Shown one piece after another: positions 26,324-34,791 of a DNA stretch of 64,000 bases. The number at the start of each line of letters is the position of its first letter. Position 1 is the first letter of the stretch. Source of the DNA: Candidatus Latescibacterota bacterium (GTDB lineage Bacteria; Latescibacterota; UBA2968; UBA8231); contig OZ241362.1 in NCBI GenBank assembly GCA_965200315.1, positions 1,504,001-1,568,000 of the forward strand. The letters are read 5' to 3'. The notes under the pieces are model-generated. The model made no database searches, had not been told where the DNA came from, and saw only the letters and a list, made by a program, of their open reading frames with translations. A program made the position numbers and the translations under genes.

Positions 26324-26614
26324 AATGCCCCTTATAGGGATTGTGGTGATTTTGGGGCAGCGACCATTTCGGCTCGATCTGCGTCATAGCACGGGATAAC
26401 GCTTCTTGCCTCCGTAGTCTGTCTTCCCCTCGTAGAAAATTACGCCCACTAGCAATCGACATCCATTCCTATCTTTATTAAAAGTTAATCGGAGCCGATG
26501 TAGAGAGCTTTTCGTCGATGCAATATAGGAAGTTCTCCTCTGTGCTGCAAGTATTTCTTGCAGGGACTAGCCCGTCTGCATGCTCTCCCGCTCATACTCC
26601 CTATAAGGGGCATT
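26324..26614. repeat. Perfect 17-bp inverted repeats enclosing 257 bp
   Basis: AATGCCCCTTATAGGGA (26324-26340) and TCCCTATAAGGGGCATT (26598-26614) are exact reverse complements. Confidence 0.9.
26522..26550 (-). promoter_or_regulatory. Sigma70-type promoter inside the inverted-repeat segment, with a palindrome over the -35 box
   Basis: TTGCAG-N17-TATATT on the minus strand; CTGCAAG-TATTT-CTTGCAG palindrome at 26545-26563. Confidence 0.55.
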
Positions 26615-26637
26615 ATCGGGAGTTAAACAAGGCGCAC

Positions 26638-27507
26638 TTATTGAGAATCCCCAGCACCGTCGTCAGCGCTTTCTTCGTCCTTATCTTGCCGAAAGCGAAT
26701 ATGCTTCACATCGTGCATACCAATCGCAAATGGACTTGAACCCTCGACGCCCGTAAAGGCCCGGTTGACGCGCTCGAAATAGCTCTTGTCGGTCTCGCCC
26801 GAAAGGCGAACTAGGCTCGCTTCGACCGTACCCATAACGGCTTTCCCCGACCAATAAGTCGCCGTTATCGGCCTGAACTCATCACCCGTCCCGCCGTCTC
26901 CAAAGTCAATTCGCGCCACTTTGTCTAGGGGAATAAAGCGCTTATTGCGGCCCTTGAAAAAGTCGAGCCGCTGCTTGCCGCGAAAGCGCAAATTTTCCAC
27001 CTCAAAGCGCCTGCCGTTCATCGTGATGATCGTGGCCTTGAGAATTTTTTCCTCGGGTGGCTCCTCGCCGACGGGGTGGCGCAAGACAATCTCTTGCACA
27101 TCGCTGGCGAGAATGAAAAACGGCCCCAGTTCGGTCACCCCAGAGAAGCGACGCCCACTACTCCCACCGCCAACCGCATCTTGGTGAGGCGAAGCAGAGC
27201 CACCCGTCACTATCAAGCCCGCTTCTTGAACACCGTTCCGGAACACAAGCATGACGCTCTGTTCCTCGTCGCTGCGTTCCCCTTCAAAGCGCAACCGATC
27301 TACCCTAACCAGTTCCACCAATCGACGCTGCCCTTGGACATAGATTTCCAAATCCTGACGCCCCTGAAAGGTGAACTTATCTACTTGGTGCTGATTTCCG
27401 TAGCGATCGATGACGGTCGCCTTGAGTGGGGACGTGGCCGCGCCACTGGCCGACACCCATAGCGTGGCCAAGAGTGCAATTCCACCCCATAGTCCTCTGC
27501 GCTTCAT
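26638..27507 (-). CDS. Secreted hypothetical protein made of two homologous halves
   Basis: Signal peptide; LKATVIDRYG..F.G..L repeated as LKATIITMNG..F.G..L. Confidence 0.7.
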   Translation of the reverse strand: MKRRGLWGGIALLATLWVSASGAATSPLKATVIDRYGNQHQVDKFTFQGRQDLEIYVQGQRRLVELVRVDRLRFEGERSDEEQSVMLVFRNGVQEAGLIVTGGSASPHQDAVGGGSSGRRFSGVTELGPFFILASDVQEIVLRHPVGEEPPEEKILKATIITMNGRRFEVENLRFRGKQRLDFFKGRNKRFIPLDKVARIDFGDGGTGDEFRPITATYWSGKAVMGTVEASLVRLSGETDKSYFERVNRAFTGVEGSSPFAIGMHDVKHIRFRQDKDEESADDGAGDSQ

Positions 27508-27527
27508 GGCATTGCTCCGCGATAAGC

Positions 27528-28220
27528 CTAAGGCTGTTCGGCCCCTTCGCCCCCGCTTTCGCCCGGTTGTGCCGGCGAGGGCGGCGGTCCGATGAGAATG
27601 TTCTGGGTCTGTCCCATGCTGATCTGTACGGGTCTAATGTCATCCCGACCGGTGGGAGAATTTTCAATCCGCACCTTGTATTCGCCCACTGGCATGATAA
27701 AGTAGCGCACCTCGGTTGAGGTCATGCCCCGGCCCAGCATAGTCCGCAAATTGTAGTCAAAAATTAGGAAAGGCACCTGACTGCGGCCCTGCGCATCGGA
27801 AAAAATGACCTGAAAGCGGCCGATAGGTATGGTCGTGTACATTTCCTGTCCCATCAGGACTTCGATTTCCTTCTCAACGCTGTCGTCGATATCTGTATTG
27901 ACCACAACTGTGTATCTGCCAGGGTCTAGATCGACAAATTGCGGTAGAGATCGGTAGCCCGTCTCATATCCTATGGGCGAACTCGCAGCCATGCGCGGCG
28001 ATTCTGAGTGAACTTCTTCGCCAGTCTCTCCGTCGAGGACATAGTAATTGACCTCGTTGATCCCGCCCGTCTCCAACATGAGCCGCCCCTTGCCCTCGGG
28101 AATAGGCGGCAGACCATAACCGCCTCCGCTGCCTCCGGTGGTGGCACAGCCAGCCACAACGGCTGCTATACCGATCAGAAACCACTTTCGCATCTGTATG
28201 TATTCGACTTTCGACGCCAT
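27528..28220 (-). CDS. Hypothetical lipoprotein with two beta-sandwich-like repeats
   Basis: RBS AAGGAG; VAGC lipobox; LDPGRYTVVV and MPVGEYKVRI segments; Pro/Gly-rich tail. Confidence 0.7.
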   Translation of the reverse strand: MASKVEYIQMRKWFLIGIAAVVAGCATTGGSGGGYGLPPIPEGKGRLMLETGGINEVNYYVLDGETGEEVHSESPRMAASSPIGYETGYRSLPQFVDLDPGRYTVVVNTDIDDSVEKEIEVLMGQEMYTTIPIGRFQVIFSDAQGRSQVPFLIFDYNLRTMLGRGMTSTEVRYFIMPVGEYKVRIENSPTGRDDIRPVQISMGQTQNILIGPPPSPAQPGESGGEGAEQP

Positions 28221-28337
28221 CTTTCCCTCCTTGGGACGAGCTGTAGGAAACGGACAACTACCTAAGAGTCAAAATTTAAACATTCTGTCTGAATGTGTTA
28301 AGCTAATATAGATATATAGGCTCTTAGCTGCTGTCAA

Positions 28338-29948
28338 CTACTCGCCGCGACTCGCGAGAGATACGAGGATGAAGTGCCGATCCTGTCTTGGCTGCCGGCT
28401 GACGAAGTGCATAAATTCTGCTTCGTCGTGCCACTGGCGCGGGTGCGCCGAAGGGATCGTCACGCCTCGGCGTAATAGATTTTGCCAAAAAGACTCGTTT
28501 CCCACAACAAAACCAGCCGCTACAAGGAAATAGTCTGCGCCCTCAGCCGCGAGGCTGTCGAGCCGATTGGGCGCAAATTCATCCGGGGTTATTTGCCATC
28601 CTTTGCGCTGGCAGTAGTAGAGCAAGGTTGGACTTTGCGACCGGTGCGGTACCCCGGTGTTTTCGTCCTCGTCGCCGATGACTAACAGCGCATCCTGCGG
28701 CAACTTGGCGCCGAGCACCCGCCCCACCAAGTGGCAGCTTTGGTAGTAGTTGTGCCAATTGTTGGGCTGCGCGTAATACGGCCTAACCGCCCAAGCACTG
28801 TAGGCGGCAACCCCGACGATCAGGGTACATACTAACACGACGCGCCAGTGGTGCGTCCAGTTCCGCGCGAATCGACACCACCCCGCCGCTGCGGTATCTG
28901 CCCCAATAATGGCTTCAAGCACCCGTCCAGCTAGAAGGGCCCCGACCGGAGCAAAGGGTAGTTGGTAGTAATGTAGCCTGCGATTGCCCTCAGGGACGAC
29001 AAAGACGTAAAGCACCAGCCCTCCCATCCACACCCAGAGCGTCCACTCGCGCCGTTGACTAGGCGCTAGGGCGAGTCCAGCCAAAACTAGGATCGCCCCG
29101 GCAGGCGTATAGACGCTGTGCCAGAAGCGCTCTAACAGCGCAAAATAGAAATCCACTGTAAAAAGTAAGCTGCGATCCCATTTGTCATAGCCGTAGCGAT
29201 TCCAGATACCGAACGTCAGGCCGGTCTCCTCAAAGAGCAGGCTGGCGTGCCAGTACCAGAGCACAGCGGGTGCCAAGGCCAGCACGAGGTAGAGCCAAAG
29301 CACGGGCTTGAAGGCGAAGCGCCACCCCCAGTGCAACCAAGCTAAGGCGACCAGCGGGAAACCGAGATAGAGGGTAGGTATTTTGACGAGAAAACACAGA
29401 GCGGCCAAAAGGGCAGCCAGCGCGAAGTCCCATCGGCGACTGCTGTCAATCCACCGAGCGAAAGCCCAAAGCGACCCCACGCTCAAAAGGATCATTAGTG
29501 CCTCGGGCATAAAGGTGCGCCCGTAGTAAATGCTCATGGGGAAAATCAGATAGAGTAGGGCAGCTAACAGCGCACCCGGTCGCCCCATGCCCAATCGCAG
29601 GCCCAGCCAATAGAGCAACGCGGCTGCCGCCATCGAGCACAGCGCCGCCACCAGCCGCCCAAGCCACTCATAGGAACCGTCGGCAGTGGCGTAAAGCAGG
29701 GCAACGACAAAGGGATACAGCGGAAAATTCGTCTCCACATACCCAGGGGTGGTACCGCGCCAATCAACGCGCGGATAGAAGAGCGAATACCCTTCTTCAT
29801 AAAAATTGCGGGCTATAGCGGCCGTGTCTGTCTGACGCCAAGCCTGCTTGTCGGTCAGGGGATCTTGCAGGTTTACAAACCGTAGGGCCAGCCCCAAGGC
29901 AAGGACGATGTAGAGATAAAAAGCGCCCTTAGCCCCCTTCGTTTGCAT
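28338..29948 (-). CDS. ArnT/PMT-like GT-C membrane glycosyltransferase
   Basis: WRQTDTAAIARNF, NFPLY, GR, YGRTFMPE, LVK and HYYQLP motifs; many TM helices. Confidence 0.8.
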   Translation of the reverse strand: MQTKGAKGAFYLYIVLALGLALRFVNLQDPLTDKQAWRQTDTAAIARNFYEEGYSLFYPRVDWRGTTPGYVETNFPLYPFVVALLYATADGSYEWLGRLVAALCSMAAAALLYWLGLRLGMGRPGALLAALLYLIFPMSIYYGRTFMPEALMILLSVGSLWAFARWIDSSRRWDFALAALLAALCFLVKIPTLYLGFPLVALAWLHWGWRFAFKPVLWLYLVLALAPAVLWYWHASLLFEETGLTFGIWNRYGYDKWDRSLLFTVDFYFALLERFWHSVYTPAGAILVLAGLALAPSQRREWTLWVWMGGLVLYVFVVPEGNRRLHYYQLPFAPVGALLAGRVLEAIIGADTAAAGWCRFARNWTHHWRVVLVCTLIVGVAAYSAWAVRPYYAQPNNWHNYYQSCHLVGRVLGAKLPQDALLVIGDEDENTGVPHRSQSPTLLYYCQRKGWQITPDEFAPNRLDSLAAEGADYFLVAAGFVVGNESFWQNLLRRGVTIPSAHPRQWHDEAEFMHFVSRQPRQDRHFILVSLASRGE

Positions 29949-29954
29949 GTTGGA

Positions 29955-31130
29955 TCAGTAGGGACGCCAGCTCGGCGACATATCGTCGCGGTCGTCGTTG
30001 TCGGTCAGGTTGATGGGCAGCAGCGGCGGCGCGTCCATCTCGTCCAAGTCGAATCCAGCCGTTCCGACCAAGTAAATGTCGTATTCGTCGTCGCCCATCC
30101 TGCCGGCATAGGCTATCCCCTTGCCATCAGGCGACCAGACCGGCTCTTGCTCGTAGGTCTTCTCGGCAATGGAGATGCGGGTCTGCCCTTGCCCGTCGGG
30201 CCGCATGAGCATCAGCTCTTGACCGCCAAACTCCTCCGAGTTGTAAACCAAGCGGTCGCCTTTTGGAGAAAACGACGCGAATAAGTCGAGCTTGCGCCGA
30301 TTTTCGGTGAGGCGAGTCCGATTCGACCCGTCGAGCTCGATGAGGTAAATCTCGGCGTTGTCGTCGAAGGCTGAAGAAGTAAAGGCGATGCGGCGACCAT
30401 CGGGCGCAAACGAAGGCTGGTCGCCTTGAACCAACTTGCGCGGGTTGGCTCCGTCGGCGTCCATGAGCCAGATGGCCACATCGCCGTCGCGCTGACTGAC
30501 GAAGGCAATTGTCTCGCCATCGGGCGAAAAAACGCCGCGCTGGTCGCGCTCGGAATGTTCGGTCAAGCGCACCACATTAGAGCTATCGGCATCCATGACG
30601 TAGAGGTCGATGTTGCTCATCACGTCGCCGCGAGTGAAAAGAATCTTCTTCCCGTCGGGCGACCAAGAGGGATGCTGCTCGGGTTCGGGAGTGTGGGTTA
30701 GTTGCTGGCGGTCGCTGCCATCGGCCTTGATGGTAAATAAGTCCCAGTTGCGGACGTTTTTCTTAGTCGAAGCGTAGAGGATCGTGCCCTCGCGTTTGAA
30801 AGTAGCATTACTGCTAGCGGGAATGTCGAAAATTGCCTCGTAGGTCCGCACACCCCATAGTGGTGGCGATTCCACTTGCAAGACCTTGTTCCCCAGATAA
30901 TCCCCCGCGGCAACATTGACGGCGTACGCACCTCCGCCCAATTCGATTTTGCTATCCGGCTCGGGCAAAACGTAGGTTCCGGCTTTGACCAAGTGGTTGA
31001 ATTTGTATTGGACGTCATTGGCGTCCAAGCGCACAAACTGGCCGGCTCCACCCTTGATCTCGATTTTGACTTGATTTGAGCCACACCCGGCGACCACGAC
31101 GGCTACAATCAATGCAGATAGCTTGAACAT
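29955..31130 (-). CDS. TolB-like PD40 beta-propeller lipoprotein
   Basis: VAGC lipobox; repeated P.[WF]SPDG..I.F; no pal/tolQRA neighbours. Confidence 0.8.
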   Translation of the reverse strand: MFKLSALIVAVVVAGCGSNQVKIEIKGGAGQFVRLDANDVQYKFNHLVKAGTYVLPEPDSKIELGGGAYAVNVAAGDYLGNKVLQVESPPLWGVRTYEAIFDIPASSNATFKREGTILYASTKKNVRNWDLFTIKADGSDRQQLTHTPEPEQHPSWSPDGKKILFTRGDVMSNIDLYVMDADSSNVVRLTEHSERDQRGVFSPDGETIAFVSQRDGDVAIWLMDADGANPRKLVQGDQPSFAPDGRRIAFTSSAFDDNAEIYLIELDGSNRTRLTENRRKLDLFASFSPKGDRLVYNSEEFGGQELMLMRPDGQGQTRISIAEKTYEQEPVWSPDGKGIAYAGRMGDDEYDIYLVGTAGFDLDEMDAPPLLPINLTDNDDRDDMSPSWRPY

Positions 31131-31166
31131 GTAGTCTCCTTAATGAGTTATTGCACACCCGGCCCA

Positions 31167-31850
31167 TCAGGCCAAGCCGCTGAGCACCCGCAGGCGATTG
31201 CTGAGATGATCCATCAACTCGTTGATATTGGCGAAGGAATCCGTGTAGAGCGGTTCGTCAACCCGAAAGTACACCCGCGCCCCAGGCCGAGCGTAGCTAT
31301 CGTATTCCAGTCCAATGGGAATCAACGGCACGCGCATCCCCAACCGCTCTTCGGCCTGTACCAGATGCTCGACTACTTCCTTTTGCAGGGGCCCCAACTT
31401 GTCTTGATAACGCATGCCTTCCGGGTGCGAGACGACCAATTCCCCGCGCTGGTATAGCCCGTCTAGATAGGCTTGCATCTGTTGGTTGGCCGTGCGAGCT
31501 CGTCGAATCTCGGCGCGGCGTTGCTCCCGGTCTGCGATCCGCCTAATGTCTTTAGGTCTTACCACCTTGACGCCCCCCATCCACTCCAGTATCCCCCACA
31601 GACCAACCTTCATAATGTAGTTGGCATAGCGCCGGGTGATTCTGTACAGCAAGACCCCTTCGAGCAGAATGTCGCGGTACGCGCAGTGCTTGGGCAAAAT
31701 CAGAGCCGGCCCCTCGCACGGCAGATTGCGATCGCCCTCGACCGCCAAGCGGTGATAGCGCATGGCACCTGCCGCGAGCAGGCGAGCACCGCCGGCAAAG
31801 GCATCGATGCGCTTGATGGAGAAGTCTCTATGCTCAGCCTCTGCGGACAT
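31167..31850 (-). CDS. PlsC-family lysophospholipid acyltransferase
   Basis: HX4D motif (KHCAYRD), HPEG.R and VPLIPIGL. Confidence 0.75.
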   Translation of the reverse strand: MSAEAEHRDFSIKRIDAFAGGARLLAAGAMRYHRLAVEGDRNLPCEGPALILPKHCAYRDILLEGVLLYRITRRYANYIMKVGLWGILEWMGGVKVVRPKDIRRIADREQRRAEIRRARTANQQMQAYLDGLYQRGELVVSHPEGMRYQDKLGPLQKEVVEHLVQAEERLGMRVPLIPIGLEYDSYARPGARVYFRVDEPLYTDSFANINELMDHLSNRLRVLSGLA

Positions 31851-31854
31851 GGGC

Positions 31855-32310
31855 CTATTTGAACAAGTCCTTTACCTTGCCCCAAGTGCTTTCGTCTACT
31901 TCCGTAGACAAGGGTTGCAGCAGGTCTTGGCCCGGGCCAGCCAAATGCAAAGTTCCCTCGGAAGCTACGGCTGCGAAATAATCCCCGTCGGCGTCCAGCC
32001 GCGCCTTGATGTATGCGGGTACTTCCGGGGACTGCGCGGCCTTCGCGATTGACCACAGGGTCAAACCCTCGACCATCGGCACTTGGCCTTCGCGGGCAAT
32101 GGCGACAAACCGCTGCTCGGCTTCTTGAGCACCCAACTGCTGCCATAGCTGCAAAATCCGCTGGCGCTGCGGAGCTCTATCGGGCGAGAAGACGTAGAAT
32201 ACGCGAGTGTCTTCCGGCAGCTCCTGAATCTGGCTACTACCCGCTCCACCCGCTGCGACCAGCAGCAGGACCAATCCCGTCGTCCATGTTGTTGTTCGTA
32301 GTGCGTTCAT
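31855..32310 (-). CDS. Small secreted protein with a C-terminal STWGKVK tail
   Basis: Start moved to MNALRTTTW; hydrophobic signal; ends STEVDESTWGKVKDLFK. Confidence 0.65.
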   Translation of the reverse strand: MNALRTTTWTTGLVLLLVAAGGAGSSQIQELPEDTRVFYVFSPDRAPQRQRILQLWQQLGAQEAEQRFVAIAREGQVPMVEGLTLWSIAKAAQSPEVPAYIKARLDADGDYFAAVASEGTLHLAGPGQDLLQPLSTEVDESTWGKVKDLFK

Positions 32311-32367
32311 ATAGCATCCCAGCATGATTTGAACGATTCGAGCGGTGGCTAGCTTTGTGCCTCCTAT

Positions 32368-32404
32368 TCTGCGTCCATCTGCGTCCATCTGCATCCATCT
32401 GCGG
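32368..32404. repeat. Intergenic tandem 10-bp repeat (TCTGCGTCCA) x ~3.5
   Basis: tctgcgtcca tctgcgtcca tctgcatcca tctgcgg. Confidence 0.85.
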
Positions 32405-32429
32405 ATCATATAGTCTTGCTATATCGACC

Positions 32430-33515
32430 TTATTCGGCGCGAATTCCATAGTCCTTTTGCACGGCGTCTTCCCCTTGGAGAATCCTCACCAGCGATAAGT
32501 GTTGGCTGAGCACCTGTTCGACTTGCACGACGCCAACCCGGCGTGGCAGGGACTTTCCCAACACCTTGCCGGTATCCGGGTCTTTCAGTTCCCGCCCCTT
32601 GTCCCACACGCCGTACTTGTTGCCTTTCTGCACTGAATCGGCTAATCCTACGTTAATATAGGCACTCAACCGCACTAGTACAGATGATTGGCCGTTCTCC
32701 CCTGTATCAGCCTGCACGGTATCAGCCACTACCTCGATGATTTTCGGCTCGGAAACCTTGAATGCGGCCGGGGGTTGGATGAGGCTGTCCAGCCCAGCGG
32801 CCAAGTGGTCCAGACAGCGGCCTATCGACTTGCCTAGCAGGGTGTTGTGGAACTCCTCGCTGCCCCACTCCATCTGCCCCAAGAGGAAGTACTCCTTTTC
32901 CAGCGGCACGAACGCTGCCGGGTTGGTGATCCCATAGCGCTTGCTGTCCTCGGCTACCTCCCGTATCACCTCGCCGGCTGCTTCTCCATCTATGACCTTA
33001 TAGGGATGCAGCCGCACCGTGGTCAGGCCCTGATAGCTGCGATAGCCGCCGATGGGCACGGTGGCGCGGAAGCGCTTCATGCTCATCTCGTCGATCTGCC
33101 CCAAGACGACGTAGTCGGCTTCCACCTCGCGACCAATGGCCAAGGCGCGCTCGACATCGAGCTTGCCCTGCAATTCTTTCTTTTTTAATCGCACGAGAGC
33201 CGAATCAATGGATACGGTGCTAAAAAAGGCACTGCCGCGCAGCGAATCGGCCAGGCCGCGGGGCATGGCCGAGTATATGTCCCACTCGCCCTTGTATTTC
33301 GACTTGTCGCGAAAGGGCATGAAGAGCAGCCGCTGCTTTAGTTCCTCCGAGATGGTGCTGTCGCTGACCACCGAATCCTTTGGAGCTTCCTCCTCTTCCT
33401 TTTGATCGCCCAACCCCATAATCGGCACCACAGCCGCTCCCCCGTCTGTCCCCCAGTACAGAGCAGCCAGCAAAGCAAATCCCCCTCGCAAAAACCACCT
33501 GTGTCTATCGGACAT
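32430..33515 (-). CDS. Exported CsgG/FlgT-like protein
   Basis: Start moved to MSDRHRWF (TGATG overlap with larA). A..IGREVEADYVVLG (CsgG/TolB-N-like) and YINVG...G...DPDTG.VLG (FlgT C-terminal-like). Confidence 0.6.
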   Translation of the reverse strand: MSDRHRWFLRGGFALLAALYWGTDGGAAVVPIMGLGDQKEEEEAPKDSVVSDSTISEELKQRLLFMPFRDKSKYKGEWDIYSAMPRGLADSLRGSAFFSTVSIDSALVRLKKKELQGKLDVERALAIGREVEADYVVLGQIDEMSMKRFRATVPIGGYRSYQGLTTVRLHPYKVIDGEAAGEVIREVAEDSKRYGITNPAAFVPLEKEYFLLGQMEWGSEEFHNTLLGKSIGRCLDHLAAGLDSLIQPPAAFKVSEPKIIEVVADTVQADTGENGQSSVLVRLSAYINVGLADSVQKGNKYGVWDKGRELKDPDTGKVLGKSLPRRVGVVQVEQVLSQHLSLVRILQGEDAVQKDYGIRAE

Positions 33516-34789
33516 CAGTGCCCTCCTTTGGTTTGCGTGAGCAGGTAAGGGCCTTGGGGCACGACCGCTAAGCGCGCCCCGGCTCCGTGCCGCTCCAGTG
33601 CCGCGGCTAGCCCGTGCTCCACAGAGGGAATGACCTCGACCCACACCTGGTCGCGGTACTGAGGATCAATGCCCTCGGAGTAGAATAGGACCTCGGCCTT
33701 GTCGAGTACCTTGCACAACTCCTGCAACTGCCATTGGTCGATGGCGAAGAAATCGGGATCCGCGAGGTGGTCCGCGAATTCGGCGGCACCGGATGCGCCG
33801 AGCAGCATCTCCGCGAATTCCGGGCTGCCCAAGCCCTCGGCGCAGCGAGCGGCAATGAGAATCGTCCCACCCTCTTTGACGATGGGCAACACCGCCGTCA
33901 GGCCCTTGACGGCTTGGTAAAATGTCAGGTCGAGCGGCCAACCAGCGCTGCTAGTGATTGCGATGTCAACCGGCTCGTCGACCAAGACGCCGTTTTGCTG
34001 CTCGACGAAGTGGGCCCCTTCGGCATGGGCCTTCTCTAGGTCGCCGCAAAACAGGCCGGTGATTTGTCGCTGATCGTTCATAGCCACATTAAATGTAAAA
34101 TCAACGCCAGCGCGTTGCGCCACTTCGAGGGCTTGGCGGTGGAAGGGATTGCCTTCAATGGAGCCTTCGCACGCCCGGGGGTGGCTCAACAGCTCGGGGC
34201 CGTGCAGGACGCGCATCGTCTCAATACCCATCAAGCCCGGGCAGATGGCCTTGCGGCCGCCCGAGTACCCAGCCATCAAGTGCGGCTCAATAAGCGAGGT
34301 AGCGATTTTTAGGTCGGCCTCCACATAGAGCGCGGCGATCCATATCGGGGCACCGCCCGAGGTTTCCCCCAGATACGTCAGGGTCTCGCGACGGTGGGCG
34401 GTGTGATTGACGATGCGATAGTTGCGGGCGATGTCGGCCCCGACGAGCTGCACCAATTCCTCGCCTTCGTTGGGCCGGTGCAGGCCAGTGCCGACCAACA
34501 GGGTAATATCCTCGCGGGCGATGCCTTCCTCTTCGAGAATCCGCAGCATGGGCGGCAAAATGACGGCGTTGGGGACCGGGCGGGTAATATCGGCAATAAC
34601 TATGCAGGCATTTTTGCGTCCCCGCGCCAGCCGCCGCAAAGACGGAGTCCCTATGGGGCGATCCAGCGCGTGATCGATTTGCTCCTCGATCCGCTCGAGC
34701 CCTTCACTCGGAGCCATCTGCAATACCGCGGCCGAGTCGGGCACTTCGATTTCGAGGCCGTCGCGGCCATAGTCGAGCTTTGCTTTCAT
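33515..34789 (-). CDS. larA: Nickel-pincer-dependent lactate racemase family protein (LarA homolog)
   Basis: Start moved to MKAKLDYG. DITRP, GTGLHR, PH..AGYSGGRK and FYQAVK motifs. Substrate uncertain. Confidence 0.85.
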   Translation of the reverse strand: MKAKLDYGRDGLEIEVPDSAAVLQMAPSEGLERIEEQIDHALDRPIGTPSLRRLARGRKNACIVIADITRPVPNAVILPPMLRILEEEGIAREDITLLVGTGLHRPNEGEELVQLVGADIARNYRIVNHTAHRRETLTYLGETSGGAPIWIAALYVEADLKIATSLIEPHLMAGYSGGRKAICPGLMGIETMRVLHGPELLSHPRACEGSIEGNPFHRQALEVAQRAGVDFTFNVAMNDQRQITGLFCGDLEKAHAEGAHFVEQQNGVLVDEPVDIAITSSAGWPLDLTFYQAVKGLTAVLPIVKEGGTILIAARCAEGLGSPEFAEMLLGASGAAEFADHLADPDFFAIDQWQLQELCKVLDKAEVLFYSEGIDPQYRDQVWVEVIPSVEHGLAAALERHGAGARLAVVPQGPYLLTQTKGGH

Positions 34790-34791
34790 TA

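Noticed and set aside
26518-26739. Small + strand ORF sharing 'PYKGH' with the extension of the 25410 ORF
   Set aside because: The shared peptide is just the translation of the 17-bp inverted repeat; there is no evidence of coding.
29955-31130. Calling this gene tolB
   Set aside because: It has PD40 repeats, but the N-terminal domain differs and there is no tol-pal context.
32430-33515. Flagellar or curli locus suggested by FlgT/FlgD/CsgG-like domains
   Set aside because: No flagellar or curli structural genes are in the window, and these domains are widespread in unrelated envelope proteins.
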